A DNA stretch of 64,000 bases, from NCBI RefSeq assembly GCF_006345805.1, contig NC_042997.1:29078001-29142000 (forward strand). Reading direction: 5' to 3'. Below are positions 12,856 to 26,099 of this stretch, in pieces (position 1 is the first letter of the stretch; each line of letters begins with the position of its first letter). The notes below the pieces were generated by a model. It was not told the DNA's origin. It did no database searches and saw only the letters and a list, made by a program, of their open reading frames with translations. This DNA comes from Octopus sinensis. Taxonomy: Eukaryota. The position numbers and the translations under genes were made by a program.

Positions 12856-13000
12856 GTTAATTGGCCACGGCCATGCTGGAGCTCCACCTTTTAGTCGAAG
12901 CGATAGACCCTAGGACTCCTTTGTAAGCCTGGTACTTATTCTTTCGGTAAAAAACACTAAAATGCGTTGTTGAGCAATGGCGTGGGGGGAGGGGGAGAAA
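12856..13000 (-). mobile_element. SINE family 2, partial diverged copy
   Basis: CGGCCATGCTGGAGCTCCACCTTTTAGTCGA...GCCTGGTACTTATTCT. Confidence 0.7.
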
Positions 13001-13313
13001 TATAGACACAAAGAAGTACACACGCAAATACACACACGCACGCACATATATATGCATAAACACAAGCACAGGCACGTGTGTCTAAATATTGATATGCGAA
13101 AATCGATTAAACTGACATCATCAAATATCACTGGAATTACTCCAAGGCATCATTTTAGCTGTTAATTCTTCAATTTTGCATTAATTATGCATAATATTGT
13201 ATTAATTTGATTCAACGGTGTTTGTATACATGCGCAGCCTGAGGAGAAGACACCAATACGCAAAAGCACACTCATGTATGTGTGTATGTGTATATATATA
13301 TGTATATATATAT

Positions 13314-13368
<55 letters not shown>

Positions 13369-13385
13369 ACATATATAGCTATATA

Positions 13386-13466
<81 letters not shown>

Positions 13467-13703
13467 ATGATGAGCTCTCCCATCGAAAGCATGATGTGAG
13501 TGCTCAGCCAATTGCCAAGTGACCTGCACAAATGTTTTCTTTATAGTGATCAAATGTATGTGCTGCACATTGGATCAGTTATCGGGGTGATCACAGATAC
13601 TAACCTGAGATCAATTCTTTTGCTCAGGAAAACAATCCTCTACCCTCTCTATGAATTGAAACCAGGATATTGCGATTGTCAGTGTAGTATCCTGAACACT
13701 AGG

Positions 13704-13737
<34 letters not shown>

Positions 13738-13741
<4 letters not shown>

Positions 13742-14115
13742 ATGATGGAAGCACTCCGTCGGTTACGACGACGAGGGTTCCGGTTGATCCGATTAACGGA
13801 ACAGCCTGCTCGTGAAATTAACGTGTAAGTGGCTGAGCACTCCACATACACGTGTACCCTTAACGTAGTTCTCGGGGATATTCAGCGTGACACAGAGAGT
13901 GACAAGGCCGGCACTTTGAAATACAGGTAAAACAGAAACAGGAAGTAAGAGTGAGAGAAAGTTGTGGTGAAAGAGTACAGCAGGGATCACCACCATCGTG
14001 GAGCATTTAGGTGTTTTCGCTCAATAAACACTCACAACGCCCGGTCTGGGAATCGAAACCGCGATCCTAGGACCGCGAGTCCGCTGCCCTAACCACTGGG
14101 CCATTGGGCCTCCAC
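13738..14115 (-). mobile_element. tRNA-derived SINE family 3, full length
   Basis: Reverse complement begins GTGGAGGCCCAATGGCCCAGTGGTTAGGGCAGCGGACTC (A box), has a GGTTTCGATTCC B box, and ends GGAGTGCTTCC(ATC)n. Confidence 0.92.
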
Positions 14116-14255
14116 ATATATATATATATATATATATAATATTATATATATTATATATATATTATATACATATATATATACACATATATATATATACATA
14201 TATATATATTATATATATATATATACATATATATATATACATATATACATATATA

Positions 14256-14300
<45 letters not shown>

Positions 14301-14302
<2 letters not shown>

Positions 14303-14655
14303 TCTTTTACTCTTTTACTTTTACTTGTTTCAGTCATTTGACTGCGGCCATGCTGGAGCACCGCCTTCTTTTAGTATATCTATCGGCTCTTTTGCCGAAC
14401 CGCTAAGTACGGGGACATAAGCACACCAGCATCGGTGTCAAGCATGCTAGGGGACAAACACAAACACACACATACATACATATATATATATTATACGACA
14501 GGCTTCTTTCAGTTCCGTCTACCAAATCCATCACAGGCTTTGGTCGGCCCGGGGCTACAGTAGAAGACACTTGCCCAAGACGCCACGCAGTGGGACTGAA
14601 CCCGGAACCATGTGGCAGGTAGACAAGCTACTTACCACACAGCCACTCCTGCGCC
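14301..14655 (-). mobile_element. tRNA-derived SINE family 2 (CORE-like), near full length
   Basis: Head GCGCAGGAGTGGCTGTGTGGTAAG...GGGTTCAGTCCC, CORE-like TCTTGGGCAAGTGTCTT, internal TA/TG spacer, tail CAGTCAAATGACTG(AAAAGAGT)n. Confidence 0.9.
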
Positions 14656-14699
14656 TATATATATATATTATATATATATATTATATAATAATTATATAT

Positions 14700-14771
<72 letters not shown>

Positions 14772-15636
14772 GGGAGGGGCGTCTTACAGATTCAGTCTAC
14801 TAATTCTAATAACAAGGTTTTGGTTGGCCCAAAGCTTTAGTACAAGACACATGCTTAGATTGCAACGCAGTGAGACTATCCGAAACGAAATGTACACCGT
14901 TTGAATAGCATTAAAAGTAATTAACCTCTTTCTTTAATATTAGATTTTTCGCAATACCAAGCTATCTACATGAATTGTGCTGAATAAAAGAAAAATATTA
15001 ATCTATAGCGATCATAGCGCATATACGTATGAAAATACATCGAAGCAGCTAAGATTACAATCTTAAATGGATAGCATCTTAGAAACATGAGATTTTTACA
15101 ATAATATCAATATACCAGCTATAATATTTCGGCTCCCTACTGCATAATTAGTAAAGAAATATATTATGTTCGTATGAAAATCTTGAAGTGCTAACCTGTA
15201 AATTAAAAATTAGCCCGTATAAAATCTAATTTGAAAAAGTCGCTATCTACATGAACATCACCTTCGGAATCGGTTCGACTATGTCCATACATAGTGATAA
15301 TATTCTTTCTTTCGATATCCATTGCCGTTTTCATCAATATCAACTGTATCATTACCACTATTAGAGTATCTGTAGCTTCTCCTCTCCCCAAGTAATACAT
15401 ACCTTCATCGTTAATCATCAGATGTTTTTATTACCATCCATTGAACACAGAACTGAAATTACGTTATCGTATTAGGATTTTCAGTAGTAGTAAATAGATG
15501 ATAGAGAATTATTTTCTGTAATGCAATATTTAATTTTACTTGATATAAGTGCGTTTTTTTTTTCTTTTAGAATAATGTATATAAATAAATAAATATATAT
15601 ATATATATAATATATATATATATATAATATATACAT

Positions 15637-15673
<37 letters not shown>

Positions 15674-15720
15674 CCAAGCATAAGCATACACTCAAATACA
15701 TGCATACATACATATATACA

Positions 15721-15794
<74 letters not shown>

Positions 15795-15821
15795 TACATA
15801 CATGCGGATACAATGCACAAA

Positions 15822-15855
<34 letters not shown>

Positions 15856-16229
15856 ATATATATATATAATATATATATATTATATATATATTATATTATA
15901 TATATATATATATAATATTATATATATTATATATATATTATATATATATATATGGTGCATTGTATCCGCTACTTACGTTGCTTACATTGAAGTAAACCTG
16001 GAGATATTATATAGCGTTAATTTACACGGTAATTGCATTCACAGACATCGCAAACCATCACTTAATTCCACTAGATTATTTAGATGCTATTCCAGGAAAC
16101 AGATCAAAAGTTAAATTAATTCGATTGTGCCATTCATCTTACGAATGTCGGTGCCTTAGTGAGATTATTTCATCCGTCACTTTTCACATAGTGTTTCATA
16201 CAATTTATCGTAAATTTCGAGAGATATTT

Positions 16230-16990
16230 TGAGAGAAAACTACGTTTTGTAGATGGCGTTTTCCTCTACGTATCTATTCTGTCAGTCTGCTCTTGAGATT
16301 CCCAATTGATTTGTGCAACGTCTCAGTTAGTACACCACAAAATATGTCTTGAATTCTTTATTTCATTTCATCTAGTGTGCTTGGTCGTTCCATGTAGCCT
16401 TGGCTCTTAAAGAGGCCTCACAAGAAGAAAATCACAAACGGACAAATCCAGTGATCTTAGGGGCCAGCAAATGCCACCGAATGTTGAGATGACATAGCTA
16501 CCGAACAAATCTCACACAGCTGCCACTGATTAACTTGTAATGTGCGATGTCACACCATCCTGTTGAAACCGTGAAGTTTTGGAAAATTGTTCAATGTAGG
16601 TGAAATAAAATGATTGCAGCATTTCAACATATCGATCCGAAAAGACAATGGTTGTGACGCCTCTTCTATTTCGATAAAATAAGGTCCGATGACCCCTTGT
16701 GACGAAGATCTGAACCATACCATCAACTTGCTGCAGTGTAAAGGACATTCATGAATTTCATTAAGGTTGTTGTCTGCCCAGTAACGATAGTTGTGTCTAT
16801 TCACATAACCTTTAAAACGAAAATGGCACTCATCTGGCCTCTATAGCGTGTCCAGATATTCGTTGCTTTCGTTTATGTTTTCCATTCTCATTGCAAATGT
16901 TGATCGTCCTCCTTCAGTTCCTGCAAGATCTGCAGCTAAAACAAGTTAAATTTGATGTAAAAATGGAGAATTTGGAGAGCACGTCCTTAG
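16230..16990 (-). mobile_element. Tc1/mariner-superfamily DD41D (rosa/VS-like) transposase pseudogene
   Basis: YVNRHNYRYWA, GVIGPYF and FQQDGVTSH...WPLRSLDLSVCDFFL. I count 41 residues between the QQD aspartate and the D of SVCD. In-frame stops are present. Confidence 0.8.
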
Positions 16991-17159
16991 GACAACCTTA
17001 CTGCAGCTGCTTGCTTACGAGCTTAACGCCGTGAGATCTGTAACACTGAAACGTACAGAGCATCGATATTCTGTAGAGTACGAGCACTTCATGGTCTTAC
17101 GGTTGGTTTCTTTTTCATAGCCTTATTTTTGATAGCTGTGTACTGTTCAGGCCGTGCAT

Positions 17160-17337
<178 letters not shown>

Positions 17338-17340
<3 letters not shown>

Positions 17341-18003
17341 CTTCACTACCGAGCGCAGCTCTGTGTGCCTTGGGTATGTGCAGTGATTTGTTGTGATGCT
17401 CTGATGGTTATTGTATGGAAATTGTTCTGCGTAGGATGGGTGCAGTGCCTAGTAGTGTAATTTTCTGTATGTTATATGTGTTTGTATGTCCTGGTGTTTT
17501 TGTTATGTATTTGTCTGAATATTTTTTTATCATGCCTAAAGCACCTACTATGATAGGAATTGTTTCTGTTTTCAGATTCCACATTCTAGTTACCTCTATT
17601 TCCAGGTCTTTGTATTTTGAGAATTTCTCCATTTCTTTTAGAGACACGTCATCTGCCGGTATTGATACATCAATTGGAAAGCATTTTTTTTCTTCATGAT
17701 CTCTGACAACTATATCTGGTCTGTTGGCCTTAATTTCTCTATTTGTGTGTATCGGCATATCCCAGAATATGGTTGCTTTCTCGTTTTCTGTGACCTTTTC
17801 TGGTGTGTGCCTATACCATCTTTTTTCTGTTGTTATACCATAATGTTGGCATAGCTTCCAATGTATGTAGGTTCCAACTCTGTCATGTCTGTGAATATAT
17901 TCCTTCTTAGCCAGGACTGGGCAGCTAGAGATATGATTTATTGTTTTTTGTCCATCTCCACATATTCTGCAGTTACTTGTAATATTTCTTTTCATTACAT
18001 GTT
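17338..18003 (-). mobile_element. R4/Dong-clade non-LTR element, 5'-truncated copy A (CCHC + restriction-like endonuclease + 3' UTR)
   Basis: ORF 17408..18301 gives CRICGDGQKTINHISSCPVLAKKEYIHRHD...NRPDIVVRDHEEKKCFPIDVSIP...EKFSKYKDL. The poly-N N-terminus of that ORF is only (AAT)n. Confidence 0.9.
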
Positions 18004-18020
18004 TATTATTATTATTATTA

Positions 18021-18088
<68 letters not shown>

Positions 18089-18196
18089 GTTATTATTGTT
18101 ATTATTATTATTGTTATTATTATTATTATTATTGTTATTATTATTACTACTACTACTACTATTATTATTATTATTATTATTATTATCATTATTATT
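18004..18196. repeat. (TTA)n microsatellite
   Basis: Direct inspection. Confidence 0.95.
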
Positions 18197-18608
18197 GAGT
18201 GAGAGAGCAGTGCATGCCATTAGAGTGACACTGGGGTAAAATATACGAAGCCCAATATACCCATCATGACTACCCGTCTGATAAGGGTACACCAGGCACA
18301 TGCATCACAACCATATGTGCGCGACATGGTGATCTCATATCAAGATAAACAGCATATGACCATGCAGGTGGGGCCCAGTTAGAATTTTCTTCTGGTCGAG
18401 TAACCCATGTTGAAGGATGTTGAACGAAACCCCCATGTTTCCAGAGATGAATTATTCAAACCCCAAATAACTCATGGCTATGATGCTCCTCCACTACTTC
18501 TGATCGTGATCAGAGATGTATATATTGTCAGCCACTGAGGTACATGCTCAACTGTTTAAGGTCAAGTAACTGACAAGCAAATCTGTGGAATTGAGCAGAA
18601 TATTTGCT
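18197..18608 (-). mobile_element. Non-coding (AAT)n-embedded repeat element, partial copy
   Basis: Reverse complement is homologous to 40326-40837 (shared GCAAATATTCTGCT, GATTTGCTTGTCAG, ACGGGTAGTCATGAT, terminal CTCTCACTC-AAT). Confidence 0.8.
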
Positions 18609-19340
18609 CATCTGGTCTATTACTTTCTAACTTCTTTTCCGTTTGAAGAGGAAATTCCCACAAAATCTTACATTTCACCGACTCTATTACTTTTTCGACT
18701 CGATGATTGTACCTTTTGTGTCAAGTTTCAAATCCCCATTTCTGGAACAGTTTCCAGTGTTTAACGCTTACAACCTTGTCGTGCCTCCATTTCTTATATT
18801 CTTCGTGTGCCAACTTGGGGCATTCTGTCACGGTGTGTGCCACTCTCTCGTTCCAAGTTTCACATGCTCTAAATTTTTTCTGACACTATCTCTCCATATA
18901 TATTTTATCTCAAGTTGTTTGCTTTTATTGCTTGATCTTCGGATGCTACCAGTAGACTCTGTAATATTTTTTTAACTGTCCGTTTTTTTAACCAAACCCA
19001 GGATTTTGTTCCACATACGTCTTCGGTGACTCTTCAAAACTGGCCATGCAGAGGTTTCCCTTCGATCTGCCTGACGCGCTCTCTGAATTTCATTCTCGTC
19101 CTCTTCTATTATGCGCGTCATGCCTGTTCTTAAATACCTTTAATTGCTTTTCTGAGCTGCTCTGCAAATAGTCTATTAGACTTTCTCTTTCCACCCGTAC
19201 ACATTCGTCTACTGTTATTAGGCCTTTTTCTCTCTGGTCCCTCCTCAACTACAGCCATCTGATATCAGCTTTCGGATTGTGGGCTCCATAGATCGTCAAA
19301 AACTTCCTAGTTTATCTGTCAAGAATCCTAGGTTTTTCCA
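18609..19340 (-). mobile_element. R4/Dong-clade copy B, degenerate
   Basis: Minus translation gives LDR*TRKFLTIYGAHNPKADI, HTVTECPKLAHEEYKKWRHDKV and KILWEFPLQTEKKLESNRPD. It overlaps copy A in protein coordinates, so it is a separate copy. Confidence 0.8.
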
Positions 19341-19459
19341 CAAGAATCCTAGTTATTCTGAATACTCATTATTATTATCGTCGTCATCGTCGTCGTCGTC
19401 GTTATCATCCTCCTCCTCCTCCTTATCATCATCCTCCTCATCATTAGCATTATTAGCAT

Positions 19460-19565
19460 CGTGCCACCGAGGTCGACTTTACCTTTCATCCTTTTTGAAT
19501 CGATAAAATAAATACCAGTTGAAAACTGGGGTTGATGCAATAGATTTATTCCCCACCCCGCCAAA
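19460..19565 (+). mobile_element. SINE family 1 central-domain fragment
   Basis: CACCGAGGTCGACTTTACCTTTCATCC...GATAAAATAAATACCAGTTG. Confidence 0.75.
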
Positions 19566-19679
19566 TTGAAACCATTATTTTTGTTTTATTATTGGTGTTG
19601 ATGTTATTCGTTTTTTTTTGTTGTCATTGTCGTTTTTGTTGAATCGGCATTTCGTTTATTCTATTGCGTGCCAAGAGGT

Positions 19680-21690
19680 ACTTCATATGATAGATGAGAG
19701 AAGACTGGTAAAGAATGACCCGGAATTGTACAAACAATTGAACAAAGATATTCGAAATATTTTTTTTTATCTAGTCTCAGCTCACGAGCTGCGGCCATGC
19801 TGAGGCACCGCCATATGTGTGAAATAGCAAAGGAAGTATCCCTGGAGGGGTGTTGTGAAGAGTTTAAAGAGCTGGAGCAGAAAGCTGCATAGATATTGCA
19901 TGGAAAAGTTAGACAGACTATATTTAGGAGGAAGAAAAATTTGACAGGCTGTAATAAAGGCAATTCTGATGGATGACGGTTCAGCCAAAATAAGTTGGAC
20001 CGATTACATCAAAGGTCTCTGTGCTGATAATAGAAGGAAAAAAAACAGAGATAAGCAAGCCAATGGAAGGCCATATGATTACAGCAGCTGAAATCATCAT
20101 CATCATCATTGTTCGACTGTGGTCGAGACAATGGAATTTAACATGCTACGCCAGACTTCACGGCCTATCATGGCATAACGGAGGTGCTGTTACTGGATAC
20201 CTGTATCCCTGGAAATTAAGCAGGCTATGGACAAGATGAAATGTGGAAAAGCGACGGGAAATGATAACATCGCGGATGAACTAGTAGATGCTTTGGGGGA
20301 GCTGTAGATTAGAAACATCAACAGAGATAGAGAACCTTGTTTACAACTAGGGGGATATTTCTGAAGAAATGCTGGAATAAATCTTCATCGCCTTCCCTAA
20401 AATGTCTGGGACAATCGAGTGCAAAATTTACAGAACGATAAGCCTAATGAGTCATGTCATTATTTTGAGAGAGGAATTGAATCGAGTGAATGGTACTATT
20501 AGGGGAAACCTATGAGATGAACAGTCCGGCTATCGAACTGGAAAGGGGATGAGAAATGCAATTCTATGCTTGAGGACCTTGGTGGAAAAGTGTATAGAGG
20601 AACAAAAACACTTGTGCATCTGTTTTATTGCCTATGTGAAGGCGTTTGACTGTGGTGTCAAGCATGAAGTGTTGGTGAGAATGTTGGAGGAAATCGAGAT
20701 AAACGGAAAAGATCCAAGAATGACTCAAAATTTGTATTGGGACCAGAAAGCAGTCATAACAGTGCATGGAGAATTGGGCGACCGGACTAACATCCACGAA
20801 GGCGTCCGGCAGTATTCTATTTTGTAACCTGATCTATTCAACCTATATGGTGTAAAAGGTCTAATCCAGATCACGACAATTTCAGGACTACAAATGGGGG
20901 AAAAAGAATTATAACAATCTGAGGTACACAGACGATACGGCTCTGTTTGCGGACACAGAAAAGAAGCTTCATGGATTGATTAATATCGTGACTGAGAAGA
21001 GTGGAAAGCTTGGATTGACAATTAACTGCCAGAAAACGCACTCAGTAGTCTGTACCATGAAAATACAGGTATCCGTATGTCGCTTGAAGGTGACTGGAAC
21101 TGGAATACATCAGAAGGACAGTTTCATATATCTAGGAATTTGGATAATATCAGTTGGAAGGTCAGATAAAGACATCAAATGCAGAATTGGATTAAGAATA
21201 CTTTATGAATATTAGGAGCATTTTTGTGCTAAGACAAGTGGTGAGGAAGTAAAGAAAAGACTATTGAAGTGCTACATGTGGTCGGCAAGCAAAATCATGG
21301 AGAAGAGACCAAAAGCTACAGAAATGTGGTTTTATAGAAAAATGCTTAGAATCACGTGGGTACATAGAGTGATGAATGCGGAAGTGTTGAAGAAGATGAA
21401 AGTAAAGATACAGTTATTGAGACTGTCAGAGAGAGAGAGAGAGAGAGAGAGAGACTTGTTGGTCATTTTCTCAAAGAGGATGACCGGAATGGAGCGTTAC
21501 ATGGTGGAGAGTAAGATGGTGGGGAGGACAGCGAGAGAAAGAAATAGATCGAAGATGTTCGACTGGATAAAGAAGAGATTGAGCAAGCAGAGCGAGAAAG
21601 GCCTGGGTGATGTTGCGAGAGACAGAAATAAATGGAGGAGGAACAAGTCATGATTCCTCAAAGACAGGAATATGACATGACAGAAGAGAA
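19680..21690 (+). mobile_element. RTE-clade LINE, 5'-truncated, degenerate RT
   Basis: Fragments MIDERRLVKNDPELYKQLNKDIR, MRNAILCLRTLVEKCIEEQKHLCICFIAYVKAFD, GVRQ, NLRYTDDTAL, GLTINCQKT, EMWFYRKMLRITW, ARDRNKWR. Confidence 0.88.
19761..19812 (-). mobile_element. ~50-nt mini-retroposon (structured LINE/SINE 3' end) with poly(A) tail, inserted in the RTE
   Basis: Reverse complement GGCGGTGCCTCAGCATGGCCGCAGCTCGTGAGCTGAGACTAGAT-A8. ATAT is duplicated on both sides, and removing the insert restores the RTE sequence. Confidence 0.75.
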
Positions 21691-22499
21691 AGTGTTAAGA
21701 TCTACAGATTATATTTTTGCATGACTTTCAAAACTTTGGATTAGCATTTTTTTCACGAATAGTACACAAATATTGTTATTGAAGCTGAAGAAAAGTTTAA
21801 TTCATCAATCACTTTGTCACATTTATAGAAAAAAACAGAAACAGGAAATGTATTCAGACTGTTGTTCCTCTGTCTAAGTGTCAATTCAAAATGTCAAACA
21901 ACACAAGCTGTTTGACGTAGACAAAATTTTGCACAAGCAACACACAGAATTAATAGGAGCGATCTGATGTCTATGACCAACAACATTTATATGAAGAGGC
22001 CCACGACATAAAAAAAATTCGGTGGTCATGTCAGCAACATATAGCTTTTCATACAAATTTCCAAACGCCGCAAAAGTTTGGGAATTAGGGATTTCAAGAT
22101 ACCTGCGGGTGCATAAAGATGGGAAGAATTATATTACTGATTACCCTCACTCATTGATAGAGGATTTTCTCGTAACATGAGAAATGAAAATATTGACGTA
22201 CAAAATGTTCTTCCAGTTCAAAACAAGGTGGCCATTTTCTATGAGTTCAAAATATGAAATATTGAAATTTAAGAGTTAATAGTTAATATATTATAAATAT
22301 GCAATGTGGAATGTTAGGTTTTGTATTGCTGCTTTTGGGGAATGTTCATCTAGCAAAAGAGACACGCTGATTTGATAAGCTTCGTCTCGACCGTAATGTA
22401 TTCATCGAAACTTATTCATCGCAGTTCATTTTCATTTGTAATGGCACTCCAATTCGCACTAACCCTAGGGTATTGTTGTATTTGTGATGTAGTATAGGT

Positions 22500-24237
22500 G
22501 AATTGTAATTGTTAAAATGACAACGAACAACAATTGGTGGGAAGAGGTATTCTATGTATTTGTTTCCCTAACACACAGAATTTAAAATGTGCCCACAGTG
22601 GAACATTCCGGACGAAGTCTCTCCGCAATTCACGATCCTGGCAACTACTTGTTACTAAGGTTTTTATGGTTCTTGCAAGCGAACATCTATTACGACTTCC
22701 CTTAGTGGTTTCTCACAATAGTAACTTCTGTATAACATCCTGCTTAATCCTCCTGCAATCTTTTTGTAAAGTGTAACCGTTAGAGTACATCTATTGCAGA
22801 ACGTATTTCACCATGCATGTCATATGCAACTAGAATTGAAATAAGTTATCTTTTATGGATGAAGTAAAAACAACATTTTTGTGTCAACGAAACATTATAC
22901 AACTCACAACTTCTCTGATTTGAAAACTACTAGTCACATCTGTTCTCTCTGAAATCATTTTGTTCTATTCAGAGTTTTGGGCCTTAGATGTGGTAATATT
23001 GCAGAAATATACTCCCGGCCGGGACACAGAGATACGTGCAAAGTGCATTACGACCCTGGAAAAAGGCTTGACGTTACTTTGACTACACGAGTCAGAGGAG
23101 GATATTCATACTCGATAGATAAAAACAAAACGACAGCCGGGTATGGTGTCATCCGTTCTCGAAACGGATAGAGGTACCAAAAGCTAAACAGTAAGACAAG
23201 GTCTCATTTCTCCTGGCATGGACAATTTTTGGGAGGTTGAAATCTCCCACCTTCCAACTGCAAATATACTCCTCATCAGAACAGAAATGATAACAATCAT
23301 GACTGTACGATGAATAAAATTTGACTGATCCTCGAGAGTCAAGAGAGGATTACACATTTGACGAACCAGATGTATTGCAAGGATATACCGCCGGTAAAAA
23401 GAAAATAACTGACATTGGAAAGCTTCAATTGCTAGAAAAATTAACTGCTTGTTAGGGAGAATGTTGAAGACACTATCAACCCACTCCAAAAAGTTTAGCG
23501 TTTAGCAAACACATTTCAACGCAGTGGACTGCAGTATGAGTTACCATGGGTAGGTATCCCTGTGGTGTTTTAACCCTTTTATCGCGGACCTCCAGAACTT
23601 GACCATATAACTGGCTCCCTGCGTAAAATAAGTTGGAAATGAGTTAATATCAATTGCAGCTCCCCACAAAAAATATATATCAATATCAATAACAATCTAA
23701 CAACACACACAAACAACAGAGATGCCTACCTGGCTCCTAGTGCAAATATTCTATCTTGCTATGGCAATCATTTCAGCATGTTGATCCTCTTTTGACGCAA
23801 AGATGGCACATACAACACAGTGTGTTTGTAGATTCATCCTCTGGAATATGTGGATGGTGGTGGCCTACGTTTTAGAGACAAACAGGGACTTCGCGGCCAT
23901 GAGCTCTGCGAACAGCATTTGTGCGAAAATCACCGACAAGTCCGACACTGTACTAATCCAGAAATCTGTGGAATGTATACTTCATGGCTTTCTCAGGATA
24001 AAGGAACCGGAATAGAATAAATGCATTGTAGATAGCCTGCATTAGAAATTTCACGAAGAGCCTCCTTGGCCAGCTATAATGGCGTCTTGTCTGTTAAAGT
24101 TCCGTTATTGGATCGTTAAATAAAAATAAAGTGTCATACTTTAGTGCACATGCACCCCACCGCTAGTGCTGTTCTACGGTATAGAAAAAAACATTGCATC
24201 CACCGGTAAACCGGTGTTACGGGCTCAGAGGGTTAAT
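22500..24237 (+). mobile_element. Highly decayed piggyBac-like remnant
   Basis: Ends in ...GGGCTCAGAGGG-TTAA (piggyBac-type terminus plus TTAA). Weak, collinear vestiges YFDYTS, KTTAGYGVIRSRNG and ITHLTNQM resemble PGBD motifs. No matching left TIR was found. Confidence 0.35.
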
Positions 24238-25856
24238 GTGAGATATCGACTGCTTACATTCCTCTGTATGGACGAGGACTACATGCATACCGTTTTTTTT
24301 GCCCCTGTGTAATTTACATCATTTTTCAATGTATTATTTCTCTATTCTGTTTACTTGTGTTCTATTAAAGAATTTGTAACCTTTGAAGTCTTAGATATAC
24401 TACCCGTTTCAGCCTTTTCGTTTGACTAAATCTAAATTACTGTGTCACTCCAAACTTAATTGTAAGGATTCGGTTCAACGTACTAGCAGTAAAAAAGAAG
24501 GTGGTAGGGTGGGTCTTGGTAACGAATTAGCTACTGCATCTGATTTTCTCTGCATCACTGATTGCAATCGATCTAGGGTTCCATCCTCTTGCGATTGAAA
24601 TAATTATTCCCAATAATGAATGTTGTCTATTGATTTGACTAAACGTCATCTGCGAAATTGCTGCTTCCCCTGTTATTTGAAAATAATGTTATTTTGGCGA
24701 TATAGCAACTGATTCAGGAGAGTGGTACCTTAAATAAGATGTGTTTTATTACAAATACTGGCGGAATTAGTCGAATAACTAGCAATCATATGCTGACATC
24801 AACTGATTATATCTTTCATATGTCTTGTTTACAACTGCAGAAACTATTATTGCATGATAAGCAATTAAAATGCATGATGTTTTATCGTTTAATAATGCAG
24901 ATTATGCAATGTTACATTTGGATATTATTCTCTAGATATTTAACAAGTTTCATTCTGTGTAGTTGTTTTTCTCTCTTAAATGTAGCACTAATTGAGCAAT
25001 CATGCTGGCAATGCTAAAAGACGAAAGATGGTGATGATGAGAGAGAAGCTTTTAGATGCGATGTAATATGGTAGAGATTAAGAGATTTACCCAAGGATAT
25101 GTAGCTGAAATGCTAGTTTACCAAGTTACAAAGAAGTTTAAATATATTATCTTTCTAAACTGAGTTTACAATGTAATCTTCCATTTGCCAGCATCGATTC
25201 GTAATTTAGGTGCCATGACACTTTTAATATGCAATGGAAAATTACGAAATTTTGTTTCGAAAATCGCTGTTAAATATTTCTTCGATATAAAAACAATAAT
25301 TAAAGTCCATTTTATTGAGCACAAGCCGATGCGGTTAAGAGAGAATGGAATGAAGCAGGCCTTTCTCCGATATCACAAGTGAGATATGTTCATTTAGTTA
25401 GCATCAGAAATTCAATAAAACTTGAATACTTGACAGGAATCAAACTATTAAGGAACTTTGTCGCAAAGAGTATGCACACCTCAGAAAAATTTTATATTTT
25501 ATATTTTTATATAAGAAAGGTAGTTCTTATTGTGCTGTGAAAAGGGGCCCATGTGTCTGTAACTGATGTTGAATAGCTTCTCAGCAAAATGTTATTCAGA
25601 GCATAGCTAAGTATGAAAAGCCCCGCATTGTCTCTTCCAAGGTAGGTAGGGCATTGTCGGTCTGCCCACGCTTGACTGCACAATAACGTATTGAATATAT
25701 GCACATATATATCGTTATATGTAACATCACGATTCAATGCGCATTCGGTTAATAAATCAGACGAGAAAAAAAGGATTAGTTAATTGGCTAAAGATAACTG
25801 ACTGGAGATTACCTATGCTTAAGTAATGCGATTTACAATAAGCATATATATATATG

Positions 25857-25904
25857 TTTTTTTTAAGTTTCATCTCAGAGCTGTGGCCATGCTGATGTAC
25901 CGCC
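25857..25904 (-). mobile_element. ~50-nt mini-retroposon, second copy
   Basis: TTTTTTTTAAGTTTCATCTCAGAGCTGTGGCCATGCTGATGTACCGCC, embedded in (TA)n. Confidence 0.6.
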
Positions 25905-25980
25905 GTTATATATATATATATATGTACATATACATATACATGCATATATATATATAATATATACATATATATATATATAT

Positions 25981-26093
<113 letters not shown>

Positions 26094-26099
26094 AGATAA

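Noticed and set aside
15270-15450. Exon-like segments on minus (for example YSNSGNDTVDIDENGNGYRKKEYYHYVWT*)
   Set aside because: The 50-bp segment with good splice sites has stops in all frames; the other has a poor acceptor and no recognisable similarity.
25540-25700. Weak resemblance to a PLE RT on minus
   Set aside because: Too few conserved residues to support a call.
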